Of a stretch of 32,000 bases of DNA, positions 1 to 8,196 are shown piece after piece (within the stretch, counting starts at the first letter, position 1; every line of letters begins with the position of its first letter). Position numbers and translations under genes: made by a program. The notes below the pieces were generated by a model that saw nothing but the letters and a program-made list of their open reading frames with translations, was not told the DNA's origin and made no database searches. The stretch is from Promethearchaeota archaeon (lineage in GTDB: Archaea; Asgardarchaeota; Lokiarchaeia; Sigyniarchaeales; SOKP01): NCBI GenBank assembly GCA_030606485.1, contig JAUWGH010000006.1, positions 90,001-122,000 on the forward strand. The letters are read 5' to 3'.

Positions 1-2717
1 GAATCAGCAATACCTTTTGGACCATGTGCAGTTCCGCATAAAAAGATTCCATCTGTTGCAAAATCAAAAGGTCTTAGTTTGATGTGTGCTTCAAAAAAGA
101 AACCATTTTTACCTAGAGGAACTTTTAATAACTCTGCTAATTGTTTATTTTTTTCATCGGGAATTAAGGGTGTAGATAAAACCACCTTATCCGCTTTAAT
201 GTGTAAATTAATCTGTGTTAACATATCATGAACTCTAACGGTAATTTTATCATCATTAAAATCCAGTTCAGGGTATTCTGAAAACCTAAGGTAGTTAATA
301 TCTTCTCTTGCTTTCCAATAATATTGCTCTTCTTCTGTTCCAACACGAATATCGCGATATAATACAAAAATATTTGAATTTGGATAATTTTCTTTAACAT
401 ACAATGCATGCCGTATTGATTCACTACAACAAATAAGAGAACAATAACTTCTTCCTGATTCTTGCCTAGAACCGACGCAATGAATAAACACAAGAGTTTC
501 TCCATCCGTTAATTCATTATTGCGTAATTTTTCTGATAATTCTAATTGAGTAAAAACCCTTGGATCTTTTCCATAATTGTACCAATCCGTAGGTTTATAT
601 TCTGAAGCACCAGTAGCAACAATAATTGCACCAACTCTAATTTCTGATGTGCTTTTTTCTGAATCTTCTATTTTAATCGAAAAATCTCCGATTGAGCCTT
701 TCACATCAACGATATTAGATGATAAATAAGTATTAATATTCTTTTGTTCTTTAATTTCTTTAATAAATTTTGAAATAAATTCCATAGAATCGATTCTATC
801 GAAATTTATTTTATAGATTAAATTCAATTGCCCTCCAAGTTTGTCCATTTTTTCAACTAAATGGACTTTAAATCCACTTTTTGCTATTTCTAATGCCGCA
901 CTCATACCTGCAATACCTCCACCAATGACCAAAGCTTCAGGAATTACATCTCCCTTTATTTTAAATTCCGGTTTTAAATTTCTTGCCCTTGCTATACCCA
1001 TTCTGATTAAATCTTTTGCTTTATCAGTGGCTTTTGGTTTATCTTTCATATGAACCCAAGAGTCAAGTTCTCGTATGCTCACAAAATTAAACAGATATGG
1101 ATTTAAACCTACTTCTCGTAGTGTATTTTGAAAAAGTGGTTCGTGAGTTCTTGGAGTACAAGCAGCTACAATAACTCGATTTAAATCCTCCTCAATAATC
1201 TTATCTTTGATTATTTGTTGAGTCTGTTCAGAGCAACTGTATTTGTTGTTCATAGCAAAAACCACGTTGGGGAGTGTCTTTAAATATTCAACGATTTCTT
1301 CATTATCCATATATCCTGCAATATTAACACCACAATCACATACAAAGACTCCAATTCTAGGCTCATCAAATGGAGATACATACTTTAAAGGAGGTAGTTC
1401 AATCACTCTTTCTTCCTCGGGAATTTGAACTGCATGTTGAGCAGCAAGGGAAGCTGCACCACTCGCTTTTGCTACTGAATTTGGAATATCATCAGGACTT
1501 TGACATGAACCTGTTATATATATTCCTGGAATAGTGGATTTTAAATCCTCTAAAGAATTCTCTGTTTTAAAGAATCCAAAATCATTTTGTTCAATTCCAA
1601 GAATCTTAGCTAACTCATCCGCATCTCTTCTTGGTATTACGGCATTAGCTAAAATTATCATATCAAAGATCTTTTCTTCTACCTCTCCCGTATCTAGATT
1701 TGCATATTTGACAATTAAATCCTGAGTTAATGGATCTTCTCTAATATCTCCTGGAATTCCACGATTATATTTAACTCCATATTCATCTTTTGCGCGTTCT
1801 ATAAATTCCTCTTGGTTTTTTCCAATTGTTCTTGTATCATTAAAGAAAATCGTTGGAGAAATCTCTGGAGCGTGTTCTTTTGCCACAACGGCTTCTTTTA
1901 CCATGTACATACAACAAAATTTGGAACAATAAGCGCATATATTGACATTTCTTGAGCCAACACAAGCGATAAACGCAATATTTTTAACATGTTTTCTATC
2001 AGAAGGACGTATTAACTCCCCAACTGTTGGTCCAGAAGCACACAATAAACGCTCAAATTTCATTCCTGTAATGACATTTTTATATTCTCCATAATGATAG
2101 CGTGCCAAAATACTTGGATCAATCAAATCAAATCCAGTTGCAACAATAATTGAAGCAACACTATATTCTAATACCTCATCTTTTTGTGTGAAATCTATAG
2201 CTTCTGCTCCACAAATCTTAGCACATAACGCACAAATCCCATGATTTAAATATAAGCATTTTTCCTTGTCAATTAGATAAACTGAAGGTACTGCTGAAGG
2301 AAAAGAAATATACGCTGCATGATTATATTTTAATCCTTCATCAAATTGGTTTGGAAGTCCTCTAACGGGGCAAATTGTTGCACAGTCTCCACAACCAGTA
2401 CATTTTTCTTCATTAACATAGCGTGCCTTTTTTAGAATTTTTACTGTAAAATTTCCCATTGATCCCGATACTTCAGAAACTTCTGAATATGTAAAGAGTT
2501 TAATGTTAGGGTGTCGACCAACCTCAACCATTTTGGGAGCTAAAATACAAATAGAACAATCCAATGTGGGAAAAGTCTTATCTAATTGTGCCATCCTTCC
2601 TCCAATTGTAGAATCCTTTTCTACTAATATTACCCGATATCCTTGTTCTGCTAAATCCAATGAAGCTGATATACCAGATATTCCTGCTCCAATAACTAAA
2701 ATATTACTATTTTTCAT
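1..2717 (-). CDS. hdrA: Heterodisulfide reductase subunit A-like flavoprotein with two HdrA modules; runs off the window's left edge (3' partial)
   Basis: Not in the ORF track. Manual translation from ATG at 2717 is open to the window edge. Motifs: MKNSNILVIGAGISG (FAD), DKTFPTLDCSICILAP, CTGCGDCATICP, FERLLCASGPT, CVGSR..CSKFCCMY. A second module follows: RIGVFVCDCGVNIAG, AACTPRTHE, ALVIGGGIAGMSAAL, HCVGSR..YCSLICC, FFEAHIKLRP. Overlaps the upstream gene's stop by 11 nt. Confidence 0.95.
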   Translation of the reverse strand, partial: MKNSNILVIGAGISGISASLDLAEQGYRVILVEKDSTIGGRMAQLDKTFPTLDCSICILAPKMVEVGRHPNIKLFTYSEVSEVSGSMGNFTVKILKKARYVNEEKCTGCGDCATICPVRGLPNQFDEGLKYNHAAYISFPSAVPSVYLIDKEKCLYLNHGICALCAKICGAEAIDFTQKDEVLEYSVASIIVATGFDLIDPSILARYHYGEYKNVITGMKFERLLCASGPTVGELIRPSDRKHVKNIAFIACVGSRNVNICAYCSKFCCMYMVKEAVVAKEHAPEISPTIFFNDTRTIGKNQEEFIERAKDEYGVKYNRGIPGDIREDPLTQDLIVKYANLDTGEVEEKIFDMIILANAVIPRRDADELAKILGIEQNDFGFFKTENSLEDLKSTIPGIYITGSCQSPDDIPNSVAKASGAASLAAQHAVQIPEEERVIELPPLKYVSPFDEPRIGVFVCDCGVNIAGYMDNEEIVEYLKTLPNVVFAMNNKYSCSEQTQQIIKDKIIEEDLNRVIVAACTPRTHEPLFQNTLREVGLNPYLFNFVSIRELDSWVHMKDKPKATDKAKDLIRMGIARARNLKPEFKIKGDVIPEALVIGGGIAGMSAALEIAKSGFKVHLVEKMDKLGGQLNLIYKINFDRIDSMEFISKFIKEIKEQKNINTYLSSNIVDVKGSIGDFSIKIEDSEKSTSEIRVGAIIVATGASEYKPTDWYNYGKDPRVFTQLELSEKLRNNELTDGETLVFIHCVGSRQESGRSYCSLICCSESIRHALYVKENYPNSNIFVLYRDIRVGTEEEQYYWKAREDINYLRFSEYPELDFNDDKITVRVHDMLTQINLHIKADKVVLSTPLIPDEKNKQLAELLKVPLGKNGFFFEAHIKLRPFDFATDGIFLCGTAHGPKGIAD

Positions 2718-3849
2718 TTTTTTCACCCAATTTTCCTTTTTTAGTTTTAAGAGAAGTCATTTTTCTAAACCAATTGATTTTTTTTGTTTTCCATTCAGAA
2801 ATCTCTTTTGCTGGAATATTATATTTGTCTATAAACCCTTCTGAAAGAAGAGAATTAATTAGATTTTGTCCTTCATTTGTACGTATGATTATAATAGAAT
2901 GCCCTTCTGGAGCTCCAGATGCTCCTACACTAAAATCTGAAAATCTTCCAGTAAATTCATCACATTCATGGCAATGATCTCTTACAGCTTCATCAAGTTT
3001 TTTAATATCCACTTCAAATACTTTATTTTCCCTCGAAGTAACAAAAAAATTCTTCTTTATCTGTGCTTTTAAAACATTCGCTGGTACTAATTTGGTTTCT
3101 TTTTCTATGATCTCAAATAATTTTTCATAATCAAAATTTTCGAAACAAAACAAGCCTATAACAAATCTGATACTATAAGTCGGACTTATTCTTAAATATT
3201 GCATTTTTCTAATAGCTCTACACTGACACGGAGTTCCAACAAATGCTAAAGATAAATCTTCAATATTAAGAATATCTTTTTTATTCATTATTTCTTGGGA
3301 GATTTTATTGAAATCTTTTAATGGTAAAATATTTGATGAGATGGAATAACGAGTTCCCGCGGATTTTAATAAATCTTTTTTATCATAAATGATTTTTGGT
3401 TCAGGTTTAAAATTCTCGTCATATTCCGATACAATCGCTGCGTCTATTCTATCTTGTTCAAATAAATACGTCAAAACAGTTGTAACTATTCCCCCATCTT
3501 GTCCGAGTTTCTTAATTTCTTGATCAGTCGTTTTTGCAGCAATTACAGTAATTATATGTCCCAGTTCGTCTTTAATTTGAAATTCTTCATTTATTTGATC
3601 TAATAACGGTGTTGTATTGGGGCATATATAATAGCAAATTCCGCATTCTTTACAATTATCAATATTTGCATCTGTTATGTATATAGGTTTATTACCATCC
3701 ATTTTAATAACATCAAAACCCTGACTTGTACAATAAGCAACACATGCTCCACAAGCACAACATTTATTATTATCGATGATCTCTTTTTCAAGTTCTTTAA
3801 AAGTTTTTATCTCTTTTAGCAATAAGTTCTTTGATTTAACTTCTTCCAT
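2707..3849 (-). CDS. Coenzyme F420 hydrogenase/dehydrogenase beta subunit family (FrhB/FdhB/FpoF-like) with N-terminal 2x[4Fe-4S] domain
   Basis: CCACGACVAYC and CKECGICYYICP ferredoxin motifs; GQDGGIVT, VGTPCQ, IGLFCFENF and CHECDEFTGRFSDFSVG are FrhB-family motifs. Confidence 0.9.
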   Translation of the reverse strand: MEEVKSKNLLLKEIKTFKELEKEIIDNNKCCACGACVAYCTSQGFDVIKMDGNKPIYITDANIDNCKECGICYYICPNTTPLLDQINEEFQIKDELGHIITVIAAKTTDQEIKKLGQDGGIVTTVLTYLFEQDRIDAAIVSEYDENFKPEPKIIYDKKDLLKSAGTRYSISSNILPLKDFNKISQEIMNKKDILNIEDLSLAFVGTPCQCRAIRKMQYLRISPTYSIRFVIGLFCFENFDYEKLFEIIEKETKLVPANVLKAQIKKNFFVTSRENKVFEVDIKKLDEAVRDHCHECDEFTGRFSDFSVGASGAPEGHSIIIIRTNEGQNLINSLLSEGFIDKYNIPAKEISEWKTKKINWFRKMTSLKTKKGKLGEKNEK

Positions 3850-4164
3850 AAATTTTCAATTTCGTTCCATTAATCAATTTTTTTTTTAAATTAAATCAAA
3901 TTATTTAATAGTTAATGCTAAATTAAATTAATTAAGTACTTATTTTTATACAAGATCGTTAGTAATATTTAAAATTTATTCTTTTTTTTGTAAAATTTCG
4001 ATTTTTTTAGTAATTCTTTTTCCTATTTTTGTATATAATTAATAAAAAGTATATTATTGATTGATTAAAATGAGAAAAAAAACATGATCTAATTTGATCT
4101 TTTATGATAAATTTAATGACGAGATCTAAAAATAAAATTTAAAATCCTCGACATAATTTTTAAA

Positions 4165-4224
4165 TTAATTTCAAGATTGATTTATTAATTTCAAGGTTGA
4201 TCTGTTAATTGCTAGACTGATATG
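4165..4224. repeat. Three degenerate 20-bp tandem repeats in the frhB/metV intergenic region
   Basis: TTAATTTCAAGATTGATTTA / TTAATTTCAAGGTTGATCTG / TTAATTGCTAGACTGATATG. The first two contain the palindrome TCAA-N2-TTGA. Confidence 0.75.
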
Positions 4225-4454
4225 TTTAATATTAGAATTATTAAATGTATATTATGTATGATAGAAAAATTAATTTCAAATATGACTCTTTTTTGAGTTT
4301 TTGAAATGAGATATTATTTGATCTTTTCCAAAATTGATCATGTTATTATCGTAACTTAAAATTAAAATTATCAAAAAACTTAAATTGACTATTTAATTTA
4401 CCTACATAGCTATTTAATTATAATAATAAAAAGAAAAAGAATATTGTCGTAAAT

Positions 4455-5120
4455 ATGATTGTTACAACTAAAAAAGATTTTGAAGAAATTGAAGATGCAC
4501 TAAAAAGATATAACAATATTATATTGATCTATTGTGGTACATGTTCCGTTACTGCTCAATGTTCAGATGAAAAATCTGTAAATGAAATGTTGGAACATCT
4601 CAAAAATGCAGGAAAAAACGTAGTTTATCATCAAGAGTTTAAAGAACCTTGCGATTTTAGACAAGATCTTCAAGATTGGAGGAATGTTCCACAAGAGGCC
4701 TTAGATAAAGTTGATGCATTTCTTATTTTATCTTGTGGAGCTGGTCTTCAAGCAATGCTTGATTTGTTTGATAGAAAAAACATTGTTAAGCCAATCTTTA
4801 TAGGTTTAAATACGCATGGAATTGCTGAAACTGAACGTATCGGTCGTTTTCACGTAAAATGTGCTGGTTGTGGGGATTGTTTATTAAATTACACCGGTGG
4901 AATATGTCCAGTAACCTCTTGCGCAAAAGGTCTAATGAACGGTCCTTGTGGCGGCCAGCTCGATGGCAAATGTGAAGTAGGAAACTACGAAAAGGATTGC
5001 GGGTGGATTTTAATATATGAGCGTTTGAAAAAAATTGGACGTTTGGATTTATTTAAACAGCTTAGACCTGCTTTCAATTGGACTGATAGAGGCCATCAAA
5101 AAAGTGTAGTATTTAGGTAG
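4455..5120 (+). CDS. metV: Methylenetetrahydrofolate reductase Fe-S/zinc subunit MetV (MTHFR C-terminal domain family)
   Basis: YCGTCSVTAQC, LILSCGAGLQ, CAGCGDCLLNYTGGICPVTSCAKGLMNGPCGG, CEV..DCGWILIYERLK; lies directly upstream of metF. Confidence 0.88.
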   Translation: MIVTTKKDFEEIEDALKRYNNIILIYCGTCSVTAQCSDEKSVNEMLEHLKNAGKNVVYHQEFKEPCDFRQDLQDWRNVPQEALDKVDAFLILSCGAGLQAMLDLFDRKNIVKPIFIGLNTHGIAETERIGRFHVKCAGCGDCLLNYTGGICPVTSCAKGLMNGPCGGQLDGKCEVGNYEKDCGWILIYERLKKIGRLDLFKQLRPAFNWTDRGHQKSVVFR

Positions 5121-5134
5121 GAGGTTGGAAAAAA

Positions 5135-6067
5135 ATGGCAGAAAAAAAAGTTTATTCAAAATTGGGCGAAATGTTAGCTAAAGGAGAATTTATTTTAACT
5201 GGAGAATTGGAGCCGGAAAAAACTTGCGATCTCTCTCACACAATTCAAGAAGCTAAGGAAATGGCGCCTTATGTGGTAGCTGCAAATGTAACTGATAGTC
5301 CTTTAGGGATCGTTACTATTAATTCATTGGCAGCTTCTCATATCATCCAAAAGGAAGCAAATATTGAAGTTATTTGGCAATTAACCGTTAGAGATGTTAA
5401 CAAGCTTGGCATTGCTGGCATGATCATGGGCGGACACGCTTTGGGGTTAAGAAATATCCTCTCACTCACTGGGGATCATCCTAACATGGGTGACATGCCT
5501 GAAAGCAAACCTGTTTTTGACCTTGATTCCGCAACATTATGCATGCTTGTGAGAGAAATGGTCGACAAGGGCACAATAAACGGTTACGAGATCGAATCTC
5601 CTCCAAAGTTTCATGTTGGGGCTGCTGCAAACCCCAATTCAAACCCCATGGAGGCGGAAGTCTTGAAAGTTGGGCGTAAGGTAGAGGCGGGATGCGAATT
5701 TATTCAAACCCAAGTTGCGTACGATCTCGAAAAAACAATAGAATTTCTGACCGCAATTAATAAATATAACGTTCCGGTGTTATTGGGCATCTTTCCAATG
5801 AAGTCGTACGCTATGGCAAAAGGTTTTGATACCTTTGTTCCAGGAGTTGATGTACCTAAGGACGTGCTTGCGAAATGGAAATCCATCAAAAATGATTATA
5901 AAACGGACAAAGCCAAGCAAAAAAAAATTTATGACCAAGCTAATTATGAATTTTTCAAGCCTTTCATAACCGAGCTCAAGAATAAAGATCTTTTGGGTGG
6001 CGTTCATTGTATGGCTGTTCATTATCCGCGCATCTTTCCGAAATTAATAGAAGTAATTAAAGGTTAA
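5135..6067 (+). CDS. metF: Methylenetetrahydrofolate reductase MetF (FAD TIM barrel, acetogen MetFV type)
   Basis: ANVTDSP, QLTVRDVN, LRNILSLTGDHP, KPVFDLDS, VGAAANP, KVEAGCEFIQTQ, GVHCMA; GGAGG at 5120-5124 upstream. Confidence 0.92.
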   Translation: MAEKKVYSKLGEMLAKGEFILTGELEPEKTCDLSHTIQEAKEMAPYVVAANVTDSPLGIVTINSLAASHIIQKEANIEVIWQLTVRDVNKLGIAGMIMGGHALGLRNILSLTGDHPNMGDMPESKPVFDLDSATLCMLVREMVDKGTINGYEIESPPKFHVGAAANPNSNPMEAEVLKVGRKVEAGCEFIQTQVAYDLEKTIEFLTAINKYNVPVLLGIFPMKSYAMAKGFDTFVPGVDVPKDVLAKWKSIKNDYKTDKAKQKKIYDQANYEFFKPFITELKNKDLLGGVHCMAVHYPRIFPKLIEVIKG

Positions 6068-6087
6068 TTTCTTTTTTTTTCTTTTTT
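6068..6087 (+). terminator. Oligo-T tract directly after metF (possible archaeal terminator)
   Basis: TTTCTTTTTTTTTCTTTTTT immediately after the stop codon. Confidence 0.5.
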
Positions 6088-6269
6088 CCTATTTCTATTT
6101 TTATCGCTCATTATGTTTTTATTTATATTAATTGAAAAAAATAGAATTTTTTTTGTTTTTAATCGATTTTTTCTGCGAAATTGAAAAAAAGTTTTATAAA
6201 TTTTACCGAATATACTATTTTGAGAAAAATAATTTATTTTATATAAATTGTAATATTCACTTAAATGAA

Positions 6270-8159
6270 ATGAAAGACTTTGATTTGGATAATTTAACTG
6301 AAACAACAAAAACCCTTTTATCGGAAGAAGATCTCCAAAAATTGGTTGCTCTCAAGAACCCAAAAGTATTGAAAATTGTAAATGAATTTGTGGATTTATG
6401 TAAACCAGCCAAAGTTAAAGTAATTACTGATAATCCAAAAGAAATTGAATATGTCCGCCAAGGTGCGCTTAGGGAGGGGGAAGAAGAAAAGTTGACTATG
6501 GAAGGTCATACAATCCATTATGATGGGTATTATGACCAAGCGAGAGATGTAGGAAATACTGCTGTATTAATACGGAAAGGAACTAAATTAAGTAAAGTAA
6601 TTAATACAAAAAGCAGGGAAGAAGGTTTAAATGAAATATTTCAAATTATGGATGGTGTGATGAGAGGTAAGGAAGTTCTTGTCCGTTTTTTTTGTCTTGG
6701 TCCAACAAATTCTCGTTTTTCAATATCTGCTCTCCAATTAACAGATTCATTTTATGTTGCTCATTCTGAAGATCTCTTATATAGAACAGGATATAAAGAG
6801 TTTAAACGTCTTAAAGGATCTGAAGATTTCTTTTATTTTATTCACTCTGCGGGACCATTAGAAAAAAATGTTTCAAAAAATATTGATGATAGAAGAATCT
6901 ATATTGACTTAAAAGAAAGTCGTGTTTTATCTGTAAATAATCAATATGCAGGTAATAGTATAGGTTTGAAGAAGTTAGCATTACGACTTGGAATATATAA
7001 AGCAAATCATGAGGAATGGTTAACAGAGCATATGTTTATTATGGGTGTAAAACCAGAAGGTAAAAATCGCGTAACTTATTTTACAGGAGCTTATCCAAGT
7101 GCATGCGGGAAAACATCTACTGCAATGATTCCCGGTCAACAAATTGTTGGAGATGATATTGCTTACCTTAGAGAAGATAATGAAGGATATGCTCGTGCAG
7201 TCAATATAGAGTCAGGAATTTTCGGAATTATAAGAGATGTTAATGAGATTGATGATCCATTAATTTTTAAAGCTTTAACATCACCTAGAGAGTTAATTTT
7301 TTCTAATGTATTAATTAAAGATGGAAAACCTTTTTGGCTCGGTGATGGACGAGAACCATTAAAATCGGGAATTAATCACTCTGGTGAATGGTTTGAAGGA
7401 AAGAAAGATAAAGAAGGAAATAAAATCCCTCTTGCACATCCGAACGCTCGTTATACAATGAGAATAAAAGAACTTGAAAATTTTGATCCAGCATTAAATG
7501 ATCCGGACGGAATCAGAGTGAGCGGAATTTTATATGGAGGTAGAGATTCAGATACTTCGATACCAATTCTTGAAAGTCTTAATTGGGAGCATGGAGTATT
7601 TTTTGGCGCAATTATTGAGTCCGAATCTACTTCTGCAACTCTTGGTAAGGTTGGGGTAAGAAAAGCGAGTCCGATGGCTAACTTAGATTTTATGGTTATT
7701 CCTTTAGGGTTATACCTTGATAATCATCGAAAATTTGGAAATCAATTAACTCATTGTCCAAAAATTTTTGCCACAAATTATTTCTTAAAAAAGGACGGTA
7801 AATATTGTAATGGAATGCTTGATAAGAAAATTTGGGTTTTATGGGCAGAAGGAAGGAGTCATGGTGAATTTAATGCAATAAAAACACCCATAGGATTTAT
7901 TCCAAAATATGAAGATTTAAAAGAACTCTTCCGAACTGTTCTAAATCAAAATTATAAAGAAGAAGATTACAATTTTCAATTTTCAATTCGCGTTTCTAAA
8001 TGGTTAGAGAAATATGATCGAATGGAGAAGATGTATCAAGAAGAAATTGAAATTCCTAAATTTTTCTGGATATGGTTAAAATCCCAAAAAAAAGAAATTC
8101 TTGATGCAAAGCAGAAATTTAATTTGAACATTATTCCGCCAGATTACTTTTCTAATTAA
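6270..8159 (+). CDS. pckG: Phosphoenolpyruvate carboxykinase (GTP)
   Basis: YAGNSIGLKKLALR, WLTEHM, GAYPSACGKTSTAM, IVGDDIA, AHPNARYT, GILYGGRD, TNYFLK. I prefer ATG 6270 to the track's TTG 6132 because the extension is low-complexity AT-rich sequence. Confidence 0.95.
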   Translation: MKDFDLDNLTETTKTLLSEEDLQKLVALKNPKVLKIVNEFVDLCKPAKVKVITDNPKEIEYVRQGALREGEEEKLTMEGHTIHYDGYYDQARDVGNTAVLIRKGTKLSKVINTKSREEGLNEIFQIMDGVMRGKEVLVRFFCLGPTNSRFSISALQLTDSFYVAHSEDLLYRTGYKEFKRLKGSEDFFYFIHSAGPLEKNVSKNIDDRRIYIDLKESRVLSVNNQYAGNSIGLKKLALRLGIYKANHEEWLTEHMFIMGVKPEGKNRVTYFTGAYPSACGKTSTAMIPGQQIVGDDIAYLREDNEGYARAVNIESGIFGIIRDVNEIDDPLIFKALTSPRELIFSNVLIKDGKPFWLGDGREPLKSGINHSGEWFEGKKDKEGNKIPLAHPNARYTMRIKELENFDPALNDPDGIRVSGILYGGRDSDTSIPILESLNWEHGVFFGAIIESESTSATLGKVGVRKASPMANLDFMVIPLGLYLDNHRKFGNQLTHCPKIFATNYFLKKDGKYCNGMLDKKIWVLWAEGRSHGEFNAIKTPIGFIPKYEDLKELFRTVLNQNYKEEDYNFQFSIRVSKWLEKYDRMEKMYQEEIEIPKFFWIWLKSQKKEILDAKQKFNLNIIPPDYFSN

Positions 8160-8196
8160 ACTAAGTTTTTAATAAAAAAGAAAAAAATAATAGATT

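Noticed and set aside
2537-2560. Selenocysteine in HdrA (Lokiarchaeia are known to have Sec-HdrA)
   Set aside because: The motif reads TLDCSICILAP with TGT at both Cys positions, and I found no in-frame TGA in 1-2717.
4165-4244. CRISPR array
   Set aside because: The 20-bp units are directly adjacent and degenerate, with no unique spacers and no cas genes in the window.
3850-4454. SAM or THF riboswitch, or ncRNA, upstream of metV
   Set aside because: The region is extremely AT-rich and lacks the GC-paired stems and conserved cores of these RNAs.
6064-6309. Minus-strand 81-aa ORF, and the 46-codon N-terminal extension of PEPCK from TTG 6132
   Set aside because: Both come from low-complexity A/T tracts in a terminator/promoter region; PEPCK-like sequence starts near ATG 6270.
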